This document shows, in pieces, positions 10,803-20,506 of a DNA stretch of 64,000 nucleotides. Below the pieces are notes generated by a model. That model did no database searches. It was not told the DNA's origin and saw only the letters and a list, made by a program, of their open reading frames with translations. Made by a program: the position numbers and the translations under genes. The DNA is taken from the NCBI GenBank assembly GCA_902825875.1, contig CADECP010000019.1, positions 78,359-142,358 of the forward strand. Direction: 5' to 3'. The stretch is from an uncultured Acidobacteriota bacterium. Its GTDB lineage: Bacteria; Acidobacteriota; Blastocatellia; RBC074. How positions within the stretch are numbered: position 1 is the stretch's first letter; each line of letters starts with the position of its first letter.

Positions 10803-12404
10803 TTATCGCAAAGCAGCATTGACCATTGTGCTGATTTCCGTTCGCACGGTACTCCAACGATTGTTCAAACTGGCGTCCAATCGAACTCGTTGCCAAATTT
10901 GATGGGTAAGATTTAGGTCTTCCTGCACACGTTGGGCGCTGCTGCGAATCAGATTCGGATTGGCTGCGTTAGCTCGCAAACTCGCCAGAGACGATCGCAA
11001 AGCACCCAATGCACTTAGAAATTGCTCTTGTTCGAGAGTCGGTTTTTGTGTCCCGATAAAGCTCACGGTTCCATCCGAACCAATTCTGTACCCGATGCTG
11101 GCGGCATATTCATAACGCAGAACATCCAGTTTTGCAGACGCGCTCTGTGCCATACCACCAATCGAAGTTGTGGGTGACGGAGTTCCACCATTTGTCGGTT
11201 GAGTTCCACCATTCGAGGGGATGGATCCGACTCCACCTGCGGAACCGCCTGCTGGCAATGATTGAACGTACGCATAATTACTGGTTCCTATTTGCGTAGG
11301 AATGCTTACTCGCAAAACTGCCCGGCCATTCCTATCCAAAAGCTCCGCTTGTCGAATCACACCGCCACGGTCTTCCAAACAAACTTCCGGCGAAGGTGTC
11401 ATTGTTGTTCGCCGATTTTGCAACAGCGAATCCACGCTGGTGCTTGCCGGAGGAGTTCCGCGCAAACGAATTCTGATTGTTTGGCTTGGGGTGAGGGGAT
11501 CATGGTTGGTAAACACGCGCCACCCCGGAGAAGGCGCTACGGCGTTGATTCGCAATCGAACCGAACCATCCGAATCACGATACGCCGTCACGTCATAAGG
11601 ATTCAGGGCCCCAGCCATCTGGCGATTCGGATCAGTAGTTGGTTGCGAACCCGGTCTGGGAGGCTGAGTGGGCTGCAGCACAGAAACATTTCTAGGCTGA
11701 AAGACGGTCGTCGGGAACGGTTGAACCAGTTCCATGCCAAACCGCTCGCCGGGTTCGATGACTACGTCTTTGCCTTTCATCAACATGGTGGCGGTCAAAC
11801 CGGCTGCGGCTCCGATGCCCGCGCCGAGCAATGCGCCGCCGGTCAGCACTCCGATGCCTGCGCCGAGTCCCGCGCCACCGCCGATGAAAATGATGTCTCG
11901 CCGGGTCGGATTGCCGCCTTTGACGTAACCTTCTTCATCCAACCGTTTGCGTTCGTCGGCGTCGGCGCTGGTTAAAGTTCCTTTGACCGGAACCGGTTTG
12001 CCGTCCAGATCACGAAAGTTGTCGAAGACGATGGAGATGATTCCTGACCGGTGCGCCCATTTAGCTTTGCTGACCGAAGAAACATGGCCTTCGACGACGG
12101 CTCCGACGGGAATGATCGTTTTTCCTGTGCCGTCCAGCACAGGACTGTCCACGTGAGCGCGAAACCGGTCGCTCACTCTGGAACTTCCCGAAGACAGCCG
12201 ATCATCCATTTTCAAAATGATGACTGTGCCGGGCGGAATCGAGGTGGCTCCGGGAGCCAGCGGCGGTGTGCTCTCCAAATCTCTGGCCGGTGCGCGGCCA
12301 AGTCGCGCCTGGGCAAAAACCTGAGTGCTGTTGGGAACTGTGGCACTGATGACCAATGACAAGAGGGTAATGGCAAATGCTGCTTTACGCGGACTTCGGA
12401 TCAT
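10803..12404 (-). CDS. Hypothetical exported protein with glycine-zipper segment
   Basis: Signal peptide 'AAFAITLLSLVISATVPNSTQVFAQ'. Central 'GGGAGLGAGIGVLTGGALLGAGIGAAAGL' glycine zipper. P/T/G-rich linkers and a helical C-terminus. I recognised no known catalytic motif. Confidence 0.6.
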   Translation of the reverse strand: MIRSPRKAAFAITLLSLVISATVPNSTQVFAQARLGRAPARDLESTPPLAPGATSIPPGTVIILKMDDRLSSGSSRVSDRFRAHVDSPVLDGTGKTIIPVGAVVEGHVSSVSKAKWAHRSGIISIVFDNFRDLDGKPVPVKGTLTSADADERKRLDEEGYVKGGNPTRRDIIFIGGGAGLGAGIGVLTGGALLGAGIGAAAGLTATMLMKGKDVVIEPGERFGMELVQPFPTTVFQPRNVSVLQPTQPPRPGSQPTTDPNRQMAGALNPYDVTAYRDSDGSVRLRINAVAPSPGWRVFTNHDPLTPSQTIRIRLRGTPPASTSVDSLLQNRRTTMTPSPEVCLEDRGGVIRQAELLDRNGRAVLRVSIPTQIGTSNYAYVQSLPAGGSAGGVGSIPSNGGTQPTNGGTPSPTTSIGGMAQSASAKLDVLRYEYAASIGYRIGSDGTVSFIGTQKPTLEQEQFLSALGALRSSLASLRANAANPNLIRSSAQRVQEDLNLTHQIWQRVRLDASLNNRWSTVRTEISTMVNAALR

Positions 12405-12601
12405 AAAAACTCCTTGTCAGTTACTGCAATCAGTCATCAACTCAAAGGAGGGCTGTGGCTGAACACTGACTGCCGACAATTAAGAAAAGTTCCGGCACGA
12501 ACCTTCTCGTTTTACTTTAGCTTTTGATTTTCTGTCACTTGAACGCGCGTAGTTTACACGGTTCGCCATCACAGGCAAAAGCTGGAATTGCCCCAAACGC
12601 C

Positions 12602-12645
12602 AAAAAGCGAAAGGCGCACCCTGACGAGTGCGCCTTTCGCTTTTT
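12602..12645 (-). terminator. Rho-independent terminator after atpE (usable in both directions)
   Basis: 'aaaaagcgaaaggcgcac' - loop 'cctgacga' - 'gtgcgcctttcgcttttt'. An 18-bp perfect stem flanked by A/T runs, 22 nt beyond the atpE stop. Confidence 0.75.
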
Positions 12646-12666
12646 CACAAATTGAGCTTTGTTAGC

Positions 12667-13005
12667 TTAGCCAGCCTGCGGAACGATCAGCAGCACCACG
12701 ACCAGCGTGAAGATCACGAGCGTTTCGATAAACACCAAACCGAGAATCATCGGCAGCGGAACGCCTTTGAAAGCTCCGGGATTGCGCGCCAGGCCTTCGC
12801 AAGCCGCAGCGCCGACACGACCCTGACCGAGTCCGCAAAGACCGGCGGCGATGCCGAAACCGACCACCGCGCCGATGTAACCCAGACCTTTGGCCAAACC
12901 GCTTCCGCTTCCGCCAGCCGCTTCCGGTTCCGCCGCAAAAGCCGAAACCGCCAAAAACGCCATCGTCATCACGACGGTCATCAAACGAATCACATTACGA
13001 GTCAT
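12667..13005 (-). CDS. atpE: F0F1 ATP synthase subunit c
   Basis: 'GFGIAAGLCGLGQGRVGAAACEGLARNPGA...LGLVFIETLVIFTLVV' is the GxGxGxG helix 1, polar loop (RNP) and essential carboxylate (E) in helix 2. Confidence 0.9.
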   Translation of the reverse strand: MTRNVIRLMTVVMTMAFLAVSAFAAEPEAAGGSGSGLAKGLGYIGAVVGFGIAAGLCGLGQGRVGAAACEGLARNPGAFKGVPLPMILGLVFIETLVIFTLVVVLLIVPQAG

Positions 13006-13371
13006 TGTTGTTTCTCCTCAAAAAAAGAAAGTTGAATAGGTTTTGATCGGCAACTCACCTGCATTCGGGGTTTGTATGAACAGCAAGTATGAAATCCCGT
13101 TTGCCAGGAAATTGAAGATCAGTTGATGCGTGTCGGCGAGGTTTCTGTTTGCGGTTTCTGGATGAATGCGACGCCGGGTCTGCATTGCATGTCTTGGGAG
13201 ACTGCAAGCGCCTCACAAACGTTTTCGCTTCGGTGTAACTTGAAACCGCATCGGATCAACTCCGATCACTGCATCTGTGTCAAAGAAAACAAGCCGCTCG
13301 GCTTGCTCAATCAGTACCGCAACCGGTAAGGAGCGATGCTCGCTACCGATCTTCGATACAGGTAGAAAAAA

Positions 13372-14397
13372 TTAGTGCGCCGGTTGTTCGTGGCTTTGCA
13401 CGGAGCCAAAAACTTCTTCGCCGTGCCCGTGCCCATCGTCGTGGTGAGAAACTTCGCCCAGATAAACCATCGAAAGCAGCACGAAGATGAATGTTTGCAG
13501 GAAAAACGTCAGCAATCCCAGCGGCATCAACAGAATCGGCAATCCCCATTGCACCATTCCCGAAACCGCGCCGCTGACCTGTTCTTCGCCGTAAATGTTG
13601 CCGAACAGACGAATGCTCAAGCTCAAGATTCGCGCCAGGTTGCTGATGATTTCAATCGGGAACATCAACGGAATCAGCCACCAGATCGGCCCGGCGAAAT
13701 GTTTGATGTGTCCGAAAAATCCGTTTTCACGAATGCCGACGAAGTTGTAATAAAGAAACGAAGTCAGCGCCAACGCCAGCGTCACGTTGAAACTGGCCGT
13801 GGGCGAAACCATGTCAGGCAACATTCCCAGCAAATTCGACAGCAAAATCAAAATGGCGAAAGTCATCACCACCGGAAAATGCTTAATGCCGCCGGGTCCA
13901 ACCAGATCGGCCAAAAAGTTGCGAATGGCTTCGACGGCGACCTCAAAAGTTTGCTGGCGGCTGGTCGGTGATTCGGTCGAAAGTTTTCCGCGCAAAATCC
14001 TCAGCACGATTACGGCGACGATCACCACTACCGCAAACATCACAATCTGAGTCGGGATCGGCAATTCGCCCGAAGCGATGTATTGCTCGTAAGTTTTGCC
14101 TTCGCCCGGCCAGTGCGGCCCAAAGATTTTCAGAGCCTTGTAAATCGGCGGCATGATGCTTTTTTGCATTTCAAAAACCGCCGGGCCAAACAGATGGTTG
14201 ACCTGTTCCGCCAGCCAGGGAACGTGATGGCCTCCGCTGTGACCGGCTGCTTCGGCGGCATGTCCGGCTGCCTGAGCCACTTGACCGGTAACTTCGGCTC
14301 CGTGCTGAGCCGCAGCTTCCGTGCCCTGCTGAACGGCAGGCGTGCTTTGCGCCGCCGCTGGTTCTCCGTGTTGTTGCAGAATGTTCAGTAGAAACAT
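13372..14397 (-). CDS. atpB: F0F1 ATP synthase subunit a
   Basis: '[15 protein letters not shown]' contains the essential Arg motif of subunit a, and there are multiple TM helices. It carries an unusual ~70-aa A/Q/H-rich N-terminal extension and a His-rich C-terminal tail. Confidence 0.9.
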   Translation of the reverse strand: MFLLNILQQHGEPAAAQSTPAVQQGTEAAAQHGAEVTGQVAQAAGHAAEAAGHSGGHHVPWLAEQVNHLFGPAVFEMQKSIMPPIYKALKIFGPHWPGEGKTYEQYIASGELPIPTQIVMFAVVVIVAVIVLRILRGKLSTESPTSRQQTFEVAVEAIRNFLADLVGPGGIKHFPVVMTFAILILLSNLLGMLPDMVSPTASFNVTLALALTSFLYYNFVGIRENGFFGHIKHFAGPIWWLIPLMFPIEIISNLARILSLSIRLFGNIYGEEQVSGAVSGMVQWGLPILLMPLGLLTFFLQTFIFVLLSMVYLGEVSHHDDGHGHGEEVFGSVQSHEQPAH

Positions 14398-14407
14398 AAA
14401 CGTTAGA

Positions 14408-14890
14408 TTATTCCTGAGATGAATTCGGATTCGTTTTGAATCCCAGATAAAGCTGATAAACCGTTTCGATCATCGCTCCGCCGACAATGGCTGCAAACCC
14501 TACGCCGATTCCCAGCGGATGAACCCGCCCCAGCCAAACCGCAGCGCCAATCACCAGAGCAATGACAACGTAGCGCAAAACGAACTTAAAGGCCGTGAAC
14601 GACGGGACTTGCCCGGTTCCTTCGGCGGCGGCTCTGTCCAACATTACCTGCAAACTGCCGCGCAACCAGCGTTTGTTGAACAAACTCAGGGAGCTGCCAA
14701 TCAGCACTCCCAACGCCATCCGCCACCCTGACCAGTACAGACCCGCAACCGTAGCTAACAGAGTAAAGACGTAAGTGTTGCGCTCCAATCGCCGCTCGAC
14801 TGCGCGATTTTCGTCTTCGCCGTGTTCGTTGCTGTCTTTAAGGCTCATTTGCGAAGCGGGAATCTTACTGACCGACTCTTGTTTTGGCAA
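14408..14890 (-). CDS. ATP synthase protein I-like small membrane protein
   Basis: It lies immediately upstream of atpB and has hydrophobic helices '[17 protein letters not shown]', '[13 protein letters not shown]' and '[14 protein letters not shown]'. The call rests on position and topology only. Confidence 0.5.
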   Translation of the reverse strand: MPKQESVSKIPASQMSLKDSNEHGEDENRAVERRLERNTYVFTLLATVAGLYWSGWRMALGVLIGSSLSLFNKRWLRGSLQVMLDRAAAEGTGQVPSFTAFKFVLRYVVIALVIGAAVWLGRVHPLGIGVGFAAIVGGAMIETVYQLYLGFKTNPNSSQE

Positions 14891-15077
14891 ACGCGCAAGC
14901 GTTTGAGCGCGCCAGTCGCCACATTGCGTGCCCGCAATAACTCTGACAATGGGTTGATTGAAGATAGCGCTGCCGGATCACAAACTGGCAGCGACAACAT
15001 CACGAAAGTTCTGTACACTTTCTTTTCAATAAGAGGCTGACCGGCCTCATTTCATTTGTCCAAACTTCTGTTCCGTA

Positions 15078-16157
15078 ATGAATACTCTCTGGAAAATTGC
15101 CGGGATCAATTTCGACCACATGCACATGGGCGATTTGCTGCGGATGGCTTTCAACCATCCGCGCGCCGAAATCGTAGCCATTTGCGACGAACGCCACGAA
15201 CGTATGCAAGCCGCCGCTGCGAACTTCAACATCGCCGCTGAGCGTCAGTTCACCGATTACCGCGAGTGCCTGGAAAGCACGCAGCCGGATTTGGTGATTT
15301 TGTGTCCGGCAACTTCGCAGCACGCGGAGTACGTTGAAAAGGTTGCGCCGTTTGGAGTTCACATCCTGATGGAAAAACCTATGGCGGCTTCACTGGCTGA
15401 AGCTGACCGAATGATTCGGGCGGTTGCGGCGACAGGCAAAACGCTGGTCATCAACTGGCCGTTGTTTTGGAGCGCGTCTCACCGAACAGCCAAACGTCTG
15501 GTTGACGAAGGCCGAATCGGTCAGGTCATCGAAGTTCATTATTACGGCGGCAATCGCGGCCCGTTGTTTCATACCGCCGACAAAATAGAAGTCAGCGCCG
15601 AAGAAGTCGCCAGACAAAAACCTGAAAGCTGGTGGTACAAACGTTCCAGTGGTGGCGGCTCGCTGTTGGATTATCTGGGTTACGGCGCAACGCTCGGCAG
15701 TTGGTTTCACGACAACAAAGCTCCGATTGAAATCACTACGACTGTGGATCAGCCTGCCGGTTTGGAAGTGGATGAACACAGCGTGACCATCGCCCGATAC
15801 GATTGCGGCTTGTCGAAGATGGAAACTCGATGGGGAACGTTCAGCGATCCGTGGACGAATCAAACTCAACCGAAATGCGGATTTGCGATTGTCGGTACGG
15901 CGGGAACCATCGGCAGTTACGATTACGAACCGACCGTGCGGCTGCAAACCAAAGCCAATCCGGCAGGCGAAGACATTCCGATTGATGTGCTGCAACCGCC
16001 GTTCGACAATGTAGTGAATTACTTTTTGCACTGCCTTGAAACCGGCGAAGCCGTCACCGGCCCGTTGTCGCTGGCGACCAGCCGATTGGGTCAACGTATC
16101 GTAGACACCGCCGCCATCAGCGCGCGTGAAAAACGAACCGTTCCATTGATTGCGTAG
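15078..16157 (+). CDS. Gfo/Idh/MocA family oxidoreductase
   Basis: N-terminal Rossmann region 'IAGINFDHMHMGDLLRMAFNHPRAEIVAICDE' and 'HILMEKPMA' (EKP motif). Confidence 0.8.
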   Translation: MNTLWKIAGINFDHMHMGDLLRMAFNHPRAEIVAICDERHERMQAAAANFNIAAERQFTDYRECLESTQPDLVILCPATSQHAEYVEKVAPFGVHILMEKPMAASLAEADRMIRAVAATGKTLVINWPLFWSASHRTAKRLVDEGRIGQVIEVHYYGGNRGPLFHTADKIEVSAEEVARQKPESWWYKRSSGGGSLLDYLGYGATLGSWFHDNKAPIEITTTVDQPAGLEVDEHSVTIARYDCGLSKMETRWGTFSDPWTNQTQPKCGFAIVGTAGTIGSYDYEPTVRLQTKANPAGEDIPIDVLQPPFDNVVNYFLHCLETGEAVTGPLSLATSRLGQRIVDTAAISAREKRTVPLIA

Positions 16158-16165
16158 GAATAATC

Positions 16166-16247
16166 AACTACGAATTTTCACGAATGACCACGAATAGATT
16201 TTGGCTGATTGGGTTTGATTCGTGAGCATTCGTGTTTATTCGTAGTT
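16166..16247. repeat. Word-stutter palindrome ('cacgaat' words)
   Basis: Left arm 'aactacgaattttcacgaatgaccacgaatag' and right arm 'gattcgtgagcattcgtgtttattcgtagtt'. It fills the spacer between two oxidoreductase genes. A partial related copy 'aactacgaatgagcacaaatggtcacgaatcc' is at 1153-1184. Confidence 0.8.
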
Positions 16248-16257
16248 CAAACAAGTT

Positions 16258-17331
16258 ATGTCTGAAGAGTTGGTTGACGATTATGGATTGAGCAAAGTCG
16301 CTGAGGCGAAGCGAATCGCCGCGCCGGATTTGCCGTATCAACCGCGCGAGTCGAAAAGCTATCGCCCGGAGATTGGCTTGATCGGTTGCGGAGGCATTTC
16401 GGCGCAGCATTTGAATGCCTATCGCCACGCCGGTTATCGCGTTGTGGCGTTGTGTGATCGCAATGAACATAAAGCCATTGCTCGGCGCGACGAATTTTTT
16501 CCGCAGGCGCAAGTTTTCACCGATTACCGCGACTTGTTGGCGCTCAAAGAAATCGAAGTCGTGGATGTGACGACGCATCCGGCAGATCGAGTCGAAATCA
16601 TTGAAGCCGCATTGCTGGCCGGAAAACACGTCCTGAGCCAAAAGCCGTTCGTAACTGATCTGGAAATTGGGCGGCGATTGGTCGCGCTGGCTGAATCTCA
16701 AAACCTCAAATTGGCCGTCAATCAAAATGGCCGCTGGGCGCCGCACTTTAGTTACATCGGGCAAGCGGTTCAAGCCGGATTGATCGGCGAAGTTCAAAGC
16801 GTCAACTTCACGCTGCATTGGGATCACAACTGGATCATCGGCACTGAATTTGAAAAGATCAAGCATCTGATTTTGTCGGATTTCGGCATTCACTGGTTCG
16901 ATCTGGCGGCGAGCTTTTTCGGCGAACGAAAAGTGCTGAACGTTTTTGCCACCGCCGCGCGAGCCGTTAGACAGCGCGCGAAAGTGCCGATGCTGGCTCA
17001 GGCGGTGATCGAATTTGAAGGCGGAATGGCTTCGTTGTTTTTCAACGCCAACGTCACGCACGGCCAGGAAGATCGAACCGTCGTCGCCGGAACCAAAGGC
17101 ACAATCACCAGTCGCGGGCCGAGTTTGTCCGAACAAACCGTGACGCTGTTTACCGCCGAAGGTTACGCGCAGCCGGAATTGACAGGAACCTGGTTCCGCG
17201 AAGGTTTCCAGGGGGCGATGGCGGAATTGCTCTGTGCGATTGAAGAGCAGCGCGAACCGGCGAATAACGCGCGCGACAATCTGAAAAGTCTGGAGCTTTG
17301 CTTTGAAGCAATGGAAAGCGCCGCGCCCTAA
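16258..17331 (+). CDS. Gfo/Idh/MocA family oxidoreductase
   Basis: 'IGLIGCGGISAQHLNAYRHAGYRVVALCDRN' Rossmann motif and 'HVLSQKPF' (EKP-like). Confidence 0.8.
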   Translation: MSEELVDDYGLSKVAEAKRIAAPDLPYQPRESKSYRPEIGLIGCGGISAQHLNAYRHAGYRVVALCDRNEHKAIARRDEFFPQAQVFTDYRDLLALKEIEVVDVTTHPADRVEIIEAALLAGKHVLSQKPFVTDLEIGRRLVALAESQNLKLAVNQNGRWAPHFSYIGQAVQAGLIGEVQSVNFTLHWDHNWIIGTEFEKIKHLILSDFGIHWFDLAASFFGERKVLNVFATAARAVRQRAKVPMLAQAVIEFEGGMASLFFNANVTHGQEDRTVVAGTKGTITSRGPSLSEQTVTLFTAEGYAQPELTGTWFREGFQGAMAELLCAIEEQREPANNARDNLKSLELCFEAMESAAP

Positions 17332-17361
17332 AGTTTGCTTGGTTTAAGCAACGAATCGTTC

Positions 17362-17432
17362 AACCACAAAAAGCACAAAAAACACAAAAAGTTATCGTGG
17401 GCAATTTTGTGCCTTTTGCGCTTTTTGTGGTT
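17362..17432. repeat. Word-stutter palindrome ('cacaaaaag' words)
   Basis: Left arm 'aaccacaaaaagcacaaaaaacacaaaaag' and right arm 'ttttgtgccttttgcgctttttgtggtt'. Confidence 0.8.
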
Positions 17433-17446
17433 TCAATTTTTCTTAT

Positions 17447-18217
17447 ATGAACGCATCAATTACCTACTTTGAACAAACGCTTGCGCTGTTACAGCGCCTG
17501 CGCGAAACGCAACTCGACAACATTGAACGCGCGGCGGAACTCTGCGCCAACTCCATCGCCAACGGCGGCCTGGTCTTTCTGTTTGGCAACGGTCATTCGC
17601 GGATGATGTGCGAAGAAATGACTCCGCGGCAGGGATGCTTTCCCGGCTTTGTGGCTCTGGTGGAATTGTCGCTGTCCAACCACGCTTCGATCATTGGCGC
17701 GAACGGATTGCGCGCGCCGCTGCACCTGGAAAAGTACGAAGGTTACGCCGAAGAAATTTTGAAAGGCTTCAAGTTCGGCACGCACGACGCTTTCATCGTC
17801 ATTTCCACCAGCGGCATTCGTCCGGTGATTGTCGAAATGGCTGCGGGAGCACAACAGCGCGGCTTGTCTGTGATTGGGATATGTTCGCGGCGGCATTGCG
17901 AACAATCCGTTCCGGCGCATTCGTCCGGCAAAAAGCTGATTGATTGCGCCGATGTGGTGATTGACAACGGATGCCCGCCGGGCGATTGCGTCATCGAACT
18001 GGACGGTTTGGAATGGCGAACCGGGCCGACTTCCACAGTGACCGGAGCGATGATTATGAACATGCTCCGTTCCCGCGTAGCCGAAAAGTTGCTGGAACGC
18101 GGCATCAAACCGGAGCTATTGCCCAGCCACCAATTCGTGGGGAATGCGAGCGCGGAAGAACAACTTGAACGGTTTTACGAAGCGTATCGCCGCAGCCTGG
18201 CGCATCTTTACCAATAA
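17447..18217 (+). CDS. SIS (sugar isomerase) domain protein
   Basis: 'LVFLFGNGHSRMMCEE' and 'DAFIVISTSGIRPVIVEMA' fit the SIS phospho-sugar-binding fold (UPF0309-like). Confidence 0.7.
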   Translation: MNASITYFEQTLALLQRLRETQLDNIERAAELCANSIANGGLVFLFGNGHSRMMCEEMTPRQGCFPGFVALVELSLSNHASIIGANGLRAPLHLEKYEGYAEEILKGFKFGTHDAFIVISTSGIRPVIVEMAAGAQQRGLSVIGICSRRHCEQSVPAHSSGKKLIDCADVVIDNGCPPGDCVIELDGLEWRTGPTSTVTGAMIMNMLRSRVAEKLLERGIKPELLPSHQFVGNASAEEQLERFYEAYRRSLAHLYQ

Positions 18218-18221
18218 TTTC

Positions 18222-18326
18222 GGAGTGCGGTGGCTTGACACCGCCTTTGCGTTCGCTGTTGAGCGATTCCTGAAATAGCAAAGAGTTAGCCAGGAATGCC
18301 AAAGCTGCGTCAAGCCGCAGCACTCC
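18222..18326. repeat. REP-like palindrome ('ggagtgctgcgg...' family)
   Basis: Left arm 'ggagtgcggtggcttgacaccgcctttg'. The right arm 'caaagctgcgtcaagccgcagcactcc' is its imperfect reverse complement. A second family member is at 25251-25354. Confidence 0.75.
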
Positions 18327-18334
18327 AAACAAGC

Positions 18335-19114
18335 ATGAAAACTTACGTCATCACAGGTTCAACCGGCATTGCGGCGGCAACGATTAAATTGGCCGCACAC
18401 GAAGGCAACGCCGTCTTTTTCATCAGCCGTGATGCAGACAGTTGTCATTCGTTGGCGGATGAACTCCGCGCGGAAAACAAGCTGCATGGTTTTTATGTCG
18501 CCGACCTGACCGAGCCCGAATCCGTAGCCGAAGCAGTTGCCGCCTGCGTCGCTCAGTTTGGACGAATTGACGCGCTGTTCAACGTAGCCGGAATCAGCGG
18601 ACGACGTTTCGGCGATGCGCCGGTTCACGAATGCTCTGTCGAAGGCTGGCAAACGACCTTTGATAACAACGCGAAGACTACGTTTTTGATGTGCCGCGAA
18701 GTCGTTAATCAAATGTTGCGGCAAGCGGTCAACGAATCAGGCTTGCGAGGTTCGATTGTGAACATGGCCAGCGTGTTGGCGATTGCGCCTGAAGCCGAAT
18801 ACTTCGCCACGCACGCTTACGCCGCCAGCAAAGGCGCGATTATCAGTTTGACGCGAGCGATGGCTGCGTATTACGCGCCGCACAAAATTCGAGTTAACGC
18901 TGTCGCGCCCGGTTTGGTGAGAACTCCGATGAGCGCCCGCGCGCAGAACGACCCGGCGATTCTGGAATTGATGAAAACCAAACAACCGCTTTGCGAAGAC
19001 CTGCTCGAAGCGGAAGACGTTGCCGCCGCCGCGCTGTTTTTGTTGAGCGCTCAGGCACGGCGAATTACAGGAGAAATTCTCTCAGTTGATGGCGGATGGC
19101 AGGTGAGCGGATGA
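18335..19114 (+). CDS. SDR family oxidoreductase
   Basis: 'ITGSTGIAAA' (TGxxxGIG-like cofactor motif), 'NVAG' and 'YAASKGAI' (YxxxK catalytic motif). Start at 'MKTYVITG'. Confidence 0.85.
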   Translation: MKTYVITGSTGIAAATIKLAAHEGNAVFFISRDADSCHSLADELRAENKLHGFYVADLTEPESVAEAVAACVAQFGRIDALFNVAGISGRRFGDAPVHECSVEGWQTTFDNNAKTTFLMCREVVNQMLRQAVNESGLRGSIVNMASVLAIAPEAEYFATHAYAASKGAIISLTRAMAAYYAPHKIRVNAVAPGLVRTPMSARAQNDPAILELMKTKQPLCEDLLEAEDVAAAALFLLSAQARRITGEILSVDGGWQVSG

Positions 19115-19449
19115 AACATCAGCTTGTTGCGATTGACTGCTGGCGAATTGTGGATTGGGATTCTTTCCACGATGTTTTCGCTGAAGCTTTGGGATTTCCG
19201 GACTTTTATGGACGGAACCTGGATGCCTGGGTTGACTGCTTAACCTTGGTGGATTCAGCCGAAGATGAAATGTGCCGAATTCAAGTCGCGCCTGGGTCTG
19301 TGCTGGTGATTCAACTGAACGACGCTACAGAGTTTGCGTTGCGATGCCCTGACCAATACGCCGCGCTGATCAAGTGTTCGGCAGTTGTAAACTACCGTCG
19401 AATCGAAGCCGGCGAAGAGCCGGTTATCGCGCTTTCCTTTTTCCTTTGA
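19111..19449 (+). CDS. Barstar-family ribonuclease inhibitor
   Basis: 'LGFPDFYGRNLDAWVDCLT' closely matches the barstar core 'LALPEYYGENLDALWDCLT'. The start ATG overlaps the SDR stop (ATGA at 19111-19114). Confidence 0.8.
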   Translation: MKHQLVAIDCWRIVDWDSFHDVFAEALGFPDFYGRNLDAWVDCLTLVDSAEDEMCRIQVAPGSVLVIQLNDATEFALRCPDQYAALIKCSAVVNYRRIEAGEEPVIALSFFL

Positions 19450-19450
19450 G

Positions 19451-20506
19451 ATGAAGCAACAACCTTTGCGAACAACAGTCATCGGCAGCTATCCATTTCC
19501 CGGCTGGCTGGAATTTGCCTGCCAGAACCTTGACCAATTTGGCGAAGCCGACCGCACCGAATTGCAGGAAGATGCCGTGATCGCCGCCATTCACGATCAA
19601 CTGGCCGCCGGATTGGATGTCATCACCGATGGCGAACAGACGCGGCTGGATTTCAATTTGTCGTTTTACGGCTTTTTGTCGGGAATCGAACTTGAACCGG
19701 CGCAGCCTCGGCGATTTGGTCCGCCCGCTCACGATCAACGCGGAAAACACAAAATCATTGGCGAACTTGCGGCGTTGCGCAGACTCGGTGTAGTTGAAGA
19801 ATGGCAGCGACTCGAACGACTGGCACAATCCAAAATCCAAAATTCAGAATCCGCAATCACGCTAAAAGCAAGTGTGCCCGGCCCGTACACGCTCAGCGGA
19901 CGCCTGTTGCCCAATCGAGATTATCCTGACCGCTATGCCGTCACCGAAGCTCTGGTTCCCGTTGTTCGCGCCGAACTCGAAGCGTTGGTTGCCGCCGGTT
20001 GTCAGGAAATCACTGTGGATGAACCTTCGATGAGCTGTTACGCGCACCGCGAAGACACGCGCCGGTTCGTGGATATTTTCAATCGCACGGTTGAATCCGT
20101 TGCCGGTCGTTGCCGGTTGTCCACGCATTTGTGCTTCGGAAATTACAAAGGCCGAGCCGTTGGATTGCGCCGGTACGCGCCTATGTTTCCGGCTTTTCTG
20201 GAAATGCAGGTGGACGAATTTCATCTGGAAATGGCCAGCCGCGAATTCGCCGAACTGGAAATCATCGCCGAAATTGCCAAACAAAAAGATGTGGCGGTTG
20301 GCATTATTGACGTAAAAAGTTATTACATTGAATCCATTGCCGACATCGCCGCCCGAGTTCGTCGCTGTTTGCAATTCGCTCCTGCCGAACGATTGGCGTT
20401 CGCGCCGGATTGCGGATTGAGCCAGACGGCGCGTTGGGCTGCGCGGCAGAAACTTAACAATATGGTCGCCGGCGTGAAGCTGGTGAAGAAGGAGCTTGGA
20501 TTTTGA
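19451..20506 (+). CDS. Cobalamin-independent methionine synthase II family protein (MetE C-terminal-domain-like)
   Basis: 'TTVIGSYPFPGWL', 'DVITDGEQTR', 'ITVDEPS', 'HLCFGNY' and 'FAPDCGL' are the conserved Zn/substrate motifs of the MetE C-domain fold. Confidence 0.75.
   Translation: MKQQPLRTTVIGSYPFPGWLEFACQNLDQFGEADRTELQEDAVIAAIHDQLAAGLDVITDGEQTRLDFNLSFYGFLSGIELEPAQPRRFGPPAHDQRGKHKIIGELAALRRLGVVEEWQRLERLAQSKIQNSESAITLKASVPGPYTLSGRLLPNRDYPDRYAVTEALVPVVRAELEALVAAGCQEITVDEPSMSCYAHREDTRRFVDIFNRTVESVAGRCRLSTHLCFGNYKGRAVGLRRYAPMFPAFLEMQVDEFHLEMASREFAELEIIAEIAKQKDVAVGIIDVKSYYIESIADIAARVRRCLQFAPAERLAFAPDCGLSQTARWAARQKLNNMVAGVKLVKKELGF

Noticed and set aside
16168-17136. Long antisense ORFs. Examples are 1977-3278(-), 9630-10433(-), 16168-17136(-), 22294-23559(-), 38560-39405(-), 52741-54108(-), 57034-58035(-) and 62288-63160(+).
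   Set aside because: Each lies entirely opposite a gene with strong family motifs. Their products are R/G/A/H-rich low-complexity strings typical of shadow ORFs in GC-biased coding DNA, with no RBS or recognisable domains.
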